From the NCBI GenBank assembly GCA_031407875.1, contig JANOIV010000191.1, forward strand, positions 6,419 to 70,418: a DNA stretch of 64,000 nucleotides, given 5' to 3'. The translations under genes were made by a program, and so were the position numbers. The first letter of the stretch is position 1. Each line of letters opens with the position of its first letter. Source of the stretch: Desulfobulbaceae bacterium. GTDB taxonomy: Bacteria > Desulfobacterota > Desulfobulbia > Desulfobulbales > Desulfocapsaceae. This document shows, in pieces, positions 51,775 to 61,442 of the stretch. Below the pieces are notes generated by a model that saw nothing but the letters and a program-made list of their open reading frames with translations, ran no database searches and was not told the origin of the DNA.

Positions 51775-52216
51775 ATTTTTTTCTTGTGAGCTATGGGTTC
51801 GAGCGGGTTAAAAGACCCGCCTGGATGGACAAGGCGATCATCTCCTCGATATCTGCCGACAGGCCGGACAGTACTTTTCACTGTACGCTTTTCGGCGGCT
51901 TGTCTCAAGCCGGAGAGACCGGCATAAGGAGATGAGTATATTCAACTTCAGGAAAAGTGTAAAAAGAATTCATTGCCGGGACCTCTGTTCTGGTGTTGAA
52001 AACCCCGTCTTCTTTTCACGGCCATGCCCTGGAGTGCGCTCTTTATTTCCCCGGGAGAAATGCTTAAAGTTGTGGCGAATCTGGCCATTTCTCTTTCAAG
52101 TTCGAGGAAAAGACAATATAGTAAAGGACTTGAGAGACGACTCAGACGACAGTCCAGACATCGGCAGCCGGGAACCCCGGCGCACACCCGAACTACAGTT
52201 ATTGAGTGGAGCATCT

Positions 52217-53278
52217 ATGGAATTCGAACCAAAATGGATCGCCTGGGAAATCACCCGTCGCTGCAACCTGGGATGCGTGCATTGTCGGTCTTCCTCCGTG
52301 CCGGAGGCCGGTGATCATCCTGATTTTTCCTTTGAAAAGGCCAAGACCATCCTCGACGATATCGCCTCCTACGCCAGCCCGGTCATTGTCCTCTCCGGCG
52401 GTGAGCCTCTGTTGCGCCCCGATGTCTTCGATATCGCCAGATACGGCGCCGGCAAGGGTCTGCGCATGTGTATGGCCAGCAACGGCACCCTGGTGACCGA
52501 GGAGGTCTGCCACAGTATCAAGGAGGCCGGCATCAGAATGGTCTCCCTGAGCCTTGACGGGGCCAAGGCCGAAACCCATGACAACTTCCGCAACCAGATC
52601 GGGGCCTTTGCCGGCACCATGAACGCCATCCGGCTCTTCAAGGAACACGGCATCCCCTTTCTCATCAACTCTTCCTTCACTCAACGCAATAAGGACGAGA
52701 TCCCGGAGATTTACCGGCTGGTCAAAGAACTCGGGGCGACGGCCTGGTATCTGTTCATGATCGTGCCGACCGGCCGGGGTGAAGATATCATGGAGGAACT
52801 GATCCCGGAAAAGCTCTACGACGAGATCCTCGAATGGCATTATCAGGTGGAAAAAGAAGAGACTGAGCTGCTCATGCGCCCTACCTGCGCCCCGCATTAC
52901 TACCGGATAGTCCGCCAGAAGGCCAAGGAAGAAGGCAGCCCCTTCAAACGACGGAATCTGCAGTTCTCTACCGGCGGTTCCAAGGGCTGTCTGGCAGGTC
53001 AGCTGATCTGCCTGATCGATGTGGACGGTGAGGTCCTGCCCTGCAGCTATTTTGCCAAGTCAGCAGGCAATATCCTCACTACTTCCTTCAAAGATATCTG
53101 GGAGAAATCGGAACTTTTCCTGCAGCTCAGGAATTTCAAAGGCTATAAGGATAACTGCGGACAATGTGAATATCTGGGCGTCTGCGGCGGTTGTCGGGCC
53201 CGTTCCTACGCCATGACCGGCGACTTCCTGGCCCAGGAACCTTTCTGTAGTTATGTCCCGTTGAAATTGCAGAAATAA
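52217..53278 (+). CDS. radical SAM/SPASM heme-biosynthesis protein (AhbD/NirJ-like)
   Basis: [44 protein letters not shown]; directly upstream of hemE. Confidence 0.85.
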   Translation: MEFEPKWIAWEITRRCNLGCVHCRSSSVPEAGDHPDFSFEKAKTILDDIASYASPVIVLSGGEPLLRPDVFDIARYGAGKGLRMCMASNGTLVTEEVCHSIKEAGIRMVSLSLDGAKAETHDNFRNQIGAFAGTMNAIRLFKEHGIPFLINSSFTQRNKDEIPEIYRLVKELGATAWYLFMIVPTGRGEDIMEELIPEKLYDEILEWHYQVEKEETELLMRPTCAPHYYRIVRQKAKEEGSPFKRRNLQFSTGGSKGCLAGQLICLIDVDGEVLPCSYFAKSAGNILTTSFKDIWEKSELFLQLRNFKGYKDNCGQCEYLGVCGGCRARSYAMTGDFLAQEPFCSYVPLKLQK

Positions 53279-53350
53279 GAAAAAAGAGAACCAGCAGCGG
53301 CTTTGCCGCCCGGCTGACAAACCTTGAACAGAGAGGCGGAAGAGGTGAAT

Positions 53351-54373
53351 ATGAACGATACATTTCTCAGGGCATGCCGAGGAGAAGAGACAAGCTACAC
53401 CCCCATCTGGATGATGCGCCAGGCCGGCCGTTATCTGCCGGAATACCAGAAAGTCCGGGGCAATGTCTCGTTTCTTGAGCTCTGCAAATCACCCGAACTC
53501 TGCGTGGAAGTCACCCTGCAACCGGTCGACCTCCTCAACATGGATGCCGCCATCCTCTTTTCCGACATCCTTATTCCGATTGAGGCGATGGGGGCCAAAC
53601 TGGAATTCCATGACGGCCATGGCCCGAGTTTTCCGGAGACGATACGGAGCCAGGAGGCGTTTGACCGCCTCATCGTCCCCGATCCGGAGGTGGCCACAGA
53701 TTTTGTCATGAAAACCATCCGACTACTGCGCAATGAGCTGAAGGTGCCGCTCATCGGTTTTGCCGGTGCCCCTTTCACCTGTGCCACCTACCTCATCGAA
53801 GGCGGTTCTTCGAAGGTCTTCTGGGAGACCAAGAAGATGATGTACACCCAACCGACCCTCTTCCACAAGCTCATGCACAAGATCACCCAGTGCACCGTCC
53901 TCTACCTGCTGGCTCAGGCCAGGGCCGGGGCTCAGGCCCTGCAGATCTTCGACAGCTGGGCGGGAATTCTTGCCCCCTGCGATTTCGAGCACTTCGCCCT
54001 GCCCTATGTCCAGCGCATCATCTATAAACTCCAGGATGAGACCGACGTGCCGATCATTTATTTCGCCAATAACGGCGCGACGCTGCTTGATCTCTCGGTC
54101 GCATCGGGGGCCGATGTCATCGGTCTCGACTGGCGCATCAATATCGGTGAGGCCGTACGGCGGGTCGGTCAGAAGGCGGTCCAGGGGAATCTCGACCCCT
54201 TCGCCCTCCTCCTGCCCAAAGACGAACTGCGGGAGCGGATCAAAGGGATTCTTGATGGGGCCGAGGACGCCTTTGGCCATATCTTCAACCTAGGGCATGG
54301 TATCCATCAGTTTACCCCGCCGGAACAGGCTAGGTTTGCGGTCGATGCCGTACACGAACTGAGCAGCCGATGA
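53351..54373 (+). CDS. hemE: uroporphyrinogen decarboxylase
   Basis: PIWMMRQAGRYLPEY, FSDIL, QIFDSWAG, FNLGHG. Confidence 0.97.
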   Translation: MNDTFLRACRGEETSYTPIWMMRQAGRYLPEYQKVRGNVSFLELCKSPELCVEVTLQPVDLLNMDAAILFSDILIPIEAMGAKLEFHDGHGPSFPETIRSQEAFDRLIVPDPEVATDFVMKTIRLLRNELKVPLIGFAGAPFTCATYLIEGGSSKVFWETKKMMYTQPTLFHKLMHKITQCTVLYLLAQARAGAQALQIFDSWAGILAPCDFEHFALPYVQRIIYKLQDETDVPIIYFANNGATLLDLSVASGADVIGLDWRINIGEAVRRVGQKAVQGNLDPFALLLPKDELRERIKGILDGAEDAFGHIFNLGHGIHQFTPPEQARFAVDAVHELSSR

Positions 54374-55011
54374 CCTGCCCGATCCCAAAATTTTCAGGCC
54401 GCGATACCTCCATGCCAATTCGTGTACCCACCAGAGAGCAGTGCCTGACCTTCATGGACGATTTTGTCATGCTGGACAACATCCGCCTCCACTCCTTGAT
54501 GGTGGCCCATGCAGCAGCGGCCCTGCTTGCCGGACTCAGGATGGCCGGGAAAACCAGGGCCCCTCTGCCCGCCGAGGACCTCGTCGTGGCCGGGGCCCTG
54601 CTCCATGATATCGCCAAGACCCAGTGCCTGCATGGTATATGCAAACACGCCCTGGTCGGCCGGGAAATCTGCCGTGATCTGGGCTTTCCGGAGATCGGCG
54701 AGATCGTAAGTGAGCATGTCGTCCTCTCCGATTATGCCCCCGAGCGCTACCGGCTAGGTATCTTCAACGCCAAGGAACTGATCTATTACGCAGATAAACG
54801 GGTACGCCACGACAAGATCGTCTCACTCGAAAGTCGCCTGGAATATATCCTCGAGCGCTACGGTGAAAACGACCCGCAAAAGGAGGTTATGATCATCGCG
54901 AATTTCCAAATCTGCCAGGAGTTTGAGCGTCTTCTCTTTTCCTTTCTTGACTTCCCGCCGTCTGAACTCGCACCTTTCTCAACGGCAAGGTCGTTCGATC
55001 TGTCAGGCTGA
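54370..55011 (+). CDS. HD domain phosphohydrolase
   Basis: HSLMV, ALLHDIAK, H..VG, YYADKRV. Confidence 0.88.
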   Translation: MTCPIPKFSGRDTSMPIRVPTREQCLTFMDDFVMLDNIRLHSLMVAHAAAALLAGLRMAGKTRAPLPAEDLVVAGALLHDIAKTQCLHGICKHALVGREICRDLGFPEIGEIVSEHVVLSDYAPERYRLGIFNAKELIYYADKRVRHDKIVSLESRLEYILERYGENDPQKEVMIIANFQICQEFERLLFSFLDFPPSELAPFSTARSFDLSG

Positions 55012-55079
55012 GCAGGGAAAAAAGTCCAGACGATCCAGATACTTCAGGCAACTCCTCTGCCAGCACCTCAGATTTGCAA

Positions 55080-55748
55080 TCAGAGCGTAAGACTACGCAG
55101 AAAATCACAGCCTGTCCGGACGATTGGATTGAGAACAGACCCAACAGGATCCTGATGCAGGATTCTCATCAAGAGGAACGCCCCTACCAGCAGGAACGGA
55201 CCGGCAATCCGGAAATACCTGAAGCTTTCCCGCCACAAAGGGGTATCCGGCAGAAGAACCGAGAGAATCGCCGCCCCCGGCAGCGGCGGGATGATGAGCA
55301 ATCCATAGACGGCCGCCATCATATTCACCACCATTAAGGCACTGAAGACCTTGTCTTCCCAGCCGAAACCACCGAGAATCCAGACTAGACTGGCCGCAAT
55401 GTTGGCCATGATGAAATTACCAAGAGGCCCCGCCAACCGACTCAGCACGAAATGAGACCGAGGATGTTTGAAGCTCGTCGCATCCACCGCCACCTCTTTT
55501 GCCCAGCCAAAACCTGCCAGGAAAAAACAGATGGTCCCGAGCAGATCAAGATGCAGAAAGGCATTAAAGTGATGGCGTTTGCCAGGATCAGTCCGGGTAT
55601 CGCCCAGAAAGGTTGCGGCAAAGCTCTGGCTCTCGGCGCTGACAGTCACTGCCACGAGGATCGAGACCGAGAGGATGGTGATATCTTCGACTGTTGACTT
55701 TGAGAAATCGAGCAAGAAAGGCACAGGCACATTGAGGGAGGGCGTCAT
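55080..55748 (-). CDS. site-2 protease (M50)-like membrane protein, apparently lacking HExxH
   Basis: LGDT, HLDLLGT, FGWAK, LAGPLGN, IIPPLPG; the HExxH position reads AESQS. Confidence 0.75.
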   Translation of the reverse strand: MTPSLNVPVPFLLDFSKSTVEDITILSVSILVAVTVSAESQSFAATFLGDTRTDPGKRHHFNAFLHLDLLGTICFFLAGFGWAKEVAVDATSFKHPRSHFVLSRLAGPLGNFIMANIAASLVWILGGFGWEDKVFSALMVVNMMAAVYGLLIIPPLPGAAILSVLLPDTPLWRESFRYFRIAGPFLLVGAFLLMRILHQDPVGSVLNPIVRTGCDFLRSLTL

Positions 55749-55779
55749 AATTCATTTTCCAAAATCACACACGAGACAT

Positions 55780-55818
55780 AAAAAAATAGCGGAGACCACA
55801 CTCAGAGGTCTCCGCTAT
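55780..55818 (-). terminator. intrinsic terminator after acs
   Basis: ATAGCGGAGACC / GGTCTCCGCTAT stem plus T run on the minus strand. Confidence 0.85.
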
Positions 55819-55846
55819 CAACGCAAGGCAAGCTGCCGGAGTCCGG

Positions 55847-57883
55847 CTAGCCAACCATCTTCTTGATTTCCTCAACTATCTCGGGGTTGGCAAGGGTCAT
55901 GACGTTGCCGACATCGCCGTGATTGGAGATGGCCCCGAGGACCCGCCGCATAATCTTACCGGAACGGGTTTTGGGCATATCCGGCACAATCCAGATCTTA
56001 CGGCATTTGGCAATCTTGCCGATCTGGTAGGTAATGGCATCGTCAATTTTTTTGATAATCTCGTCCGAGGCCTTGAAACCAGGTTTCAGGGCGACATAGA
56101 GATCCGGTTCCTTGCCCTTGACTTCATGGGCGACCGGTACAACCGCGGCCTCGGCGACCTCGAGCACGGTCAAGGCTGCCGATTCGATCTCTTTGGTGCC
56201 GAGCCGATGCCCGGAAACATTGATAACATCATCGATCCGGCCGAGGATTCGGAAATAGCCATCCTCCGCCTCTACAGCGGCATCACCGGTCAGATACGGC
56301 CAATCCCGCCAATCTTTGCTGTTCGGATTCTTGTTGTATCTGCTGTAATAGGTACTGACAAAACGATCTCTATCACCCCAGATGGTCATGAAACAACCAG
56401 GCCATGGGTTCTGGATACAGATATTTCCCGCCTTTCCTGAGCCGGACGGCAATACCTCGCCGTCCTCATCAAAGATTATCGGATGAATACCGGGGACACC
56501 GGGGCCGGCGCTGCCTGGTTTCATCGCCTGGATACCCGGCACGGTGCTGCAGAGGAAGCCGCCCGTCTCGGTCTGCCAGTAAGTATCGACGATGACCGCC
56601 TTGCCCTTGCCGACTTCCTTCTCGTACCATTTCCAGACCGCCGGCTCGATGGGCTCGCCGACCGTGGTCATGTGCTTGAAGTTGTAGTTGTACTTGGCCG
56701 GCTCATCCGGTCCGACCTTTCTCAGGGCGCGGATGGCCGTGGGGGCGGTATGGAAGATATTGATATCGAGATCCTGGGCCATACGCCAACAGCGTCCGGC
56801 ATCGGGATAGGTCGGCACACCTTCGTAGATGACCGACGAGGCGCACAGGGCCAGGGGGCCGTAGACAATAAAGGAATGACCGGTGATCCAGCCGATATCC
56901 GCCATGCACCAGTAGACATCCTCGGGATGGATATCCTGGATATACTTGGACATCGCCGTGACATAGGAGAGATAGCCGCCGGTGCTGTGTTGGCAACCTT
57001 TGGGCTTGCCTGTCGTACCGCTGGTATACATGAGGAAAAGCGGGTCTTCCGATAGCATCTGCTCCGGCTCAACCCGTACCCCGTAGTACTTCTTTAATTC
57101 GGTATTGACGGTAACATCCCGACCCTCGACAAAAGCTGCATCCGTTGAGTTCTTTCCAGGATAACGCTGCCAAATCAAAAGCTTATCAATCGCCTGGCCG
57201 CCTTCCTTGGCTATCTGGCAGGCCTCGTCATCCACGGACTTGTGATTGAGCAGCTTGCCGCCACGGTAATAGGCATCCATGGTTATCAGGACCCGACTGT
57301 TGGAATCGATGATCCTGTCGGCACAGGCGCTGGCCGAGAATCCTCCGAAGACCACGGAATGGATGATACCCAGACGGGCACAGGCCAGCATGGTGATCGG
57401 CAGCTCGGCCGACATGGGCATGTGAATAGTCACCCTGTCGCCGCGCTTCAGTCCGGCGGTATCCCGGAGAAGGGCCGCGAATTCATTGACCCGCACATAA
57501 AGCTCCTGATAGGTGATATGCTGCACCCTCTCTTCTTCAAGCTCGGAGACAAAATGGATCGCAGTCTTGTTCTTGTTGTCTTTCAGATGGCGGTCTATAC
57601 AGTTATAGCTGGCGTTCAGTTTTCCGCCCTTGAACCACTTGAAGCAGGGGGCATCACTGGTGTCAAGGACCTGATCCCAATATTTATACCAGGTGAGCAG
57701 CTCTGCAAATTCAGTATAGTAATCAGGAAATTTATCCAGACTGAAGCGTTCAAAAATCGACTCATCCGTCAGATTGGCCTGGCCGATGAATTTCGGCGAA
57801 GGTGGATAATATCCTTCTTCCTGCCAGTGCACCGCGATCTGCGCTTCTGAAGTTTCAATAACCTCGTGTTTTTGTTCAGTCAT
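55847..57883 (-). CDS. acs: acetyl-CoA synthetase
   Basis: YTSGTTGKPKG, ADIGWITGHS, DTYWQTETG, PKTRSGKIMRR. Confidence 0.96.
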   Translation of the reverse strand: MTEQKHEVIETSEAQIAVHWQEEGYYPPSPKFIGQANLTDESIFERFSLDKFPDYYTEFAELLTWYKYWDQVLDTSDAPCFKWFKGGKLNASYNCIDRHLKDNKNKTAIHFVSELEEERVQHITYQELYVRVNEFAALLRDTAGLKRGDRVTIHMPMSAELPITMLACARLGIIHSVVFGGFSASACADRIIDSNSRVLITMDAYYRGGKLLNHKSVDDEACQIAKEGGQAIDKLLIWQRYPGKNSTDAAFVEGRDVTVNTELKKYYGVRVEPEQMLSEDPLFLMYTSGTTGKPKGCQHSTGGYLSYVTAMSKYIQDIHPEDVYWCMADIGWITGHSFIVYGPLALCASSVIYEGVPTYPDAGRCWRMAQDLDINIFHTAPTAIRALRKVGPDEPAKYNYNFKHMTTVGEPIEPAVWKWYEKEVGKGKAVIVDTYWQTETGGFLCSTVPGIQAMKPGSAGPGVPGIHPIIFDEDGEVLPSGSGKAGNICIQNPWPGCFMTIWGDRDRFVSTYYSRYNKNPNSKDWRDWPYLTGDAAVEAEDGYFRILGRIDDVINVSGHRLGTKEIESAALTVLEVAEAAVVPVAHEVKGKEPDLYVALKPGFKASDEIIKKIDDAITYQIGKIAKCRKIWIVPDMPKTRSGKIMRRVLGAISNHGDVGNVMTLANPEIVEEIKKMVG

Positions 57884-57956
57884 GTACGCACTCCTTTTAA
57901 GAATTACGTGGACATAAAATTAAGGTCGAAACGATTGACCCGACCTCTGGCTTCCG

Positions 57957-59486
57957 TCAAACTTGCGCCTCATTATGGTACATCGGCCGCCTTGTCATTT
58001 TGGCAAGGATAACGGCTATGACCAGCAGGGCACCTGAAATATAAAATGCATTGTCGAGGCTTCCGGTAAGATCTTTGATGGTACCGCCCAGTCGGGCCAT
58101 GAAAAAGCCAAGGCCCCAGCCGATAAAAATCAGACCGTAGTTCATACCCAGATTTTTCGGACCATAGAAATCTGCGGCAAATGATGGCATGAGCGAGAGT
58201 CCGCCACCGTACTGCCAGTAGGCGATGCCGATTGCCATGAACAGCAGCATGATGCTCCCCGAGCCTGAGATATAGGGCAGGGCAAACAGACAGAGGGCGG
58301 AGACACCGCAATTGAGACAATAGGCATTGAGCCGACCGATCTTATCGGAATAAAAACCCGTTCCCACCCGGCCACAAGCATTGACGAGACCGCCAAACGA
58401 CACGAGAATCCAGCTGTTTTCAACAAGAAACTGTGAGCCTTTGGCCGCCTCTTTCAAGATCTTGCTGGCATTGGCAATGATTAGAAGGCCGGATTGGGTG
58501 GTCAGGATGAACATGAAGACCAGAGCAAAAAACTGCCAGGTCTTGACAATCTCGGAGGGTTCCCAGTTGGTAATCGTGGCGCCCTTGGTCGCCACATTGC
58601 CCCCGGTGAGGGTCGGTGCAACATATCCGACAGGGGGGATCTTCAGCAGTTGGCCGGCAATGACCACAACCACGGCAAAGAGAACTCCCAAGGCTACAAA
58701 ACTCCCTGTAAGTCCATAATTTTTAATCAGATAATTAGCGAGTGGACCGACATACAAGGCGGCGCCACCGTAACCACCGACAACGAGACCGGCGATCAGC
58801 CCCCGTCTGTGCGGACCGAACCACTTCAGGGCAGCCGGGGTCGGTGCGGCATAGCCGATACCCATACCGATACCGCCGAAAATGCCGAAACCGATGATCA
58901 GACCGGTATAGCTCTGCATCATTCCAGCGATGATACAGCCGACGGCCAGAAACAAACCACCCAGGGTAGCTCCAAATTTGGGACTGATTTTATCCTGGAT
59001 TTTTCCTCCGGGAATCATCAGGAGTGCAAAGATAATGACGCAAAGCGAAAAGGGCGTGGCGGCCTCTGCATTATTCAGATACACCCAGCCGGCGTTTTTA
59101 TCTGCCATCTGCTCTCCGGCCTTGGTGATAATGTCACCGGCCCTGAGGATATCGCCACTTTTCTCAACATCACTCAGCAAAACATATCCTTCTTTGGGAT
59201 TGGTTCCGAGTTTAACTTTCAACGAATTAGCGCGTTGAACCTCTTCCTTGGTCTTAACAACAATATTTCCGGCTAGCGTTTTATCTGCGTCTGTTGTTTT
59301 CGCAGCTGCGATAACCGCTGTCTTGGTCACAATATCTCCGGCGGCCAGCGGGGTCTCGCTGACCAGCGCAGTCGACCACATACTCCAGGCATAAAGGATA
59401 CCCAGACAGAGATTGATTGCCATTCCAGCAAAAACCGTTACCCACGCCTGCGTAGGTTCCTTATGAGTCTGTTGCCCCATTTCCAC
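57957..59486 (-). CDS. OFA-family MFS transporter
   Basis: NLCLGILYAWS, KWFGPHRRGL..GL, ADFYGPKNLGMNYG. Confidence 0.9.
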   Translation of the reverse strand: MEMGQQTHKEPTQAWVTVFAGMAINLCLGILYAWSMWSTALVSETPLAAGDIVTKTAVIAAAKTTDADKTLAGNIVVKTKEEVQRANSLKVKLGTNPKEGYVLLSDVEKSGDILRAGDIITKAGEQMADKNAGWVYLNNAEAATPFSLCVIIFALLMIPGGKIQDKISPKFGATLGGLFLAVGCIIAGMMQSYTGLIIGFGIFGGIGMGIGYAAPTPAALKWFGPHRRGLIAGLVVGGYGGAALYVGPLANYLIKNYGLTGSFVALGVLFAVVVVIAGQLLKIPPVGYVAPTLTGGNVATKGATITNWEPSEIVKTWQFFALVFMFILTTQSGLLIIANASKILKEAAKGSQFLVENSWILVSFGGLVNACGRVGTGFYSDKIGRLNAYCLNCGVSALCLFALPYISGSGSIMLLFMAIGIAYWQYGGGLSLMPSFAADFYGPKNLGMNYGLIFIGWGLGFFMARLGGTIKDLTGSLDNAFYISGALLVIAVILAKMTRRPMYHNEAQV

Positions 59487-60228
59487 TCCTTTTCTCTAGA
59501 AAAGTCAGATTTGAAATTAATCAAACGGGTTAAATTTCCAGTGGTTTTTTATTATTCCACCTCCTTATGTCTGAGTTTGCCGTTCGTCTATCTCCCCTAT
59601 ATTGCTTCCGACGCAACCTTTATGAACATTTATCCATATGTAATTATATAATATTTTCTAATTTCACCATGGGATACAGCACATCACTTGCCTGCAAACC
59701 GAGTTTAGGCCCTAAAAATGTACTCTTTACACCTGGATTGAAAATTCTATTTGCCGGGACGAACTCTCAGAACTAGCTTTTGGCTGAGAATTATCCTCTT
59801 TTCGGTCGGACAACTACGGGATCATGAAACACACAACGCACGTTTTTTCTGACAAGTCACATAAAAAACTCTCCGCAATCGGAGAGCCAAGATTTCTTGG
59901 TCATGCTACTGAAAATACCGCTGAGGTGTACTCATCAATTTTAGGAATGAAGTGTATATATCAATTTTACAAATAGTCTTTATTAAGCATTTAGATAAAC
60001 CATTATTCGATTATTTTTTATTCGTCAACATTTTTATTGCACCCCTCGATGAGAAAAATCTCTCAGTAATTCATAGAAATGAATCCCACTCAGACTGATC
60101 GTTCAACCTCATTCATATATATTCTCAAGACAGGAAAACGGGACGAATCTGCAACCCATTTCGCCCAACAACATTTTTCAAAAATATTCTTCTATTTCAT
60201 CTTTACGGGATGGCGTTGAGGTGCTACA

Positions 60229-60259
60229 GTGTGACACAAATGCCAATGTGTGACACATT
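60229..60259. promoter_or_regulatory. paired GTGTGACACA boxes (candidate regulator sites)
   Basis: 10-bp direct repeat at 60229 and 60248; the second lies in the palindrome AATGTG-tga-CACATT. Confidence 0.4.
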
Positions 60260-60400
60260 CTATCCCGAGAGAAAGTGGAGAGGATGATCAATTGGTACCC
60301 TGGCTCCGAAGATAACGCGACACACCATCTCCCGACAATGAATTGCAGCATGCATTTACATTTTATGCTGCTGGGCAAATCTCAAACAAAGAGAAAGAAG

Positions 60401-61363
60401 ATGAATGAAGCTTTGATTCTGGAAAAACTCGACCGCCTTGCAAACGATATTCAGACGATGAGAACCGAGATCCTGCAGGGAATGCCGCACGATCAACAAC
60501 CTCTTAACCAAGGCACTCACCCTCTACCCGACAGCCTACCCATTCCGACAGCAAACCAGGGCAGCAACGCCGAACTTATCGGGCTGGTTAAAGAAATGCA
60601 TGCCCGCATTAACGGTATCGAGAATGTCCTGTCCGGTATCAAGGTTGGCGTGGAATTGAAAGAAGACCTTGAACCCGTCATCAAAATTGCCCTGCCGAAA
60701 ATCATAGAGTTTTTCCACGAAATCGATGGCCAGTTCAGCGTTGAATCTCTGGAAGTTCTCTTTCGCCGGACCCTGACCAACCTCGACAGTCTGAACGAAG
60801 GTCTTAATCTGCTGAAACTTGGCGTGGAGTTGAGAGACGACATGATCCCCGTCGCCCAACTGGCCTACCCGAAGATGCTCAAATTTCTCAACTCTTTGCA
60901 TGAGGGTGAATTTCAGGCCGAACAAATAGGAACCCTGCTGCATACCGTCCTGATTAATCTCCACACCTTAAGCGACCTCCTGAACATGCTCAAACCAATG
61001 ACCGAGCTGATCAAGGAACTGCAGGTCGTGGTGCGTGAGACGGATGTCATCTCCAATCTCAACCAATGGCTTGATGGCCTGCAGAACAGCAGCGGTATCG
61101 TTAAACTTGCAGGGACCGCAGCAGCAGTCATCAGACGAATAGACTGCAATGACACGCAGGTGGAAGAAATCTGCCAGGCCATATCCGGCCTCGACCTCAC
61201 CAAGATCGAACCAGTGAGCCCGTTAGGCATGTTCAAGCTCATCAGAGACCCTAAAATCCAGGAAGTAATGGGGGCTTTTGTCATGATCATGCAGACCTTT
61301 GGCGCCTGTCTGCACAGCTATCAAAAAGAGAAAAGACAACAGAACGGATCAGTCGTCAATTAA
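60401..61363 (+). CDS. DUF1641 domain protein
   Basis: C-terminal EPVSPLGMFKLIRDPKIQEVMG; internal GVEL.DD..P....PK repeats; upstream of SQR. Confidence 0.8.
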   Translation: MNEALILEKLDRLANDIQTMRTEILQGMPHDQQPLNQGTHPLPDSLPIPTANQGSNAELIGLVKEMHARINGIENVLSGIKVGVELKEDLEPVIKIALPKIIEFFHEIDGQFSVESLEVLFRRTLTNLDSLNEGLNLLKLGVELRDDMIPVAQLAYPKMLKFLNSLHEGEFQAEQIGTLLHTVLINLHTLSDLLNMLKPMTELIKELQVVVRETDVISNLNQWLDGLQNSSGIVKLAGTAAAVIRRIDCNDTQVEEICQAISGLDLTKIEPVSPLGMFKLIRDPKIQEVMGAFVMIMQTFGACLHSYQKEKRQQNGSVVN

Positions 61364-61442
61364 ATCATCAACCAACGGTTGGACAGGTTGTAACGTTCCA
61401 CCACCTGCTCAAAACCTGACAGAAAAGGAGGCAACAGACGTC

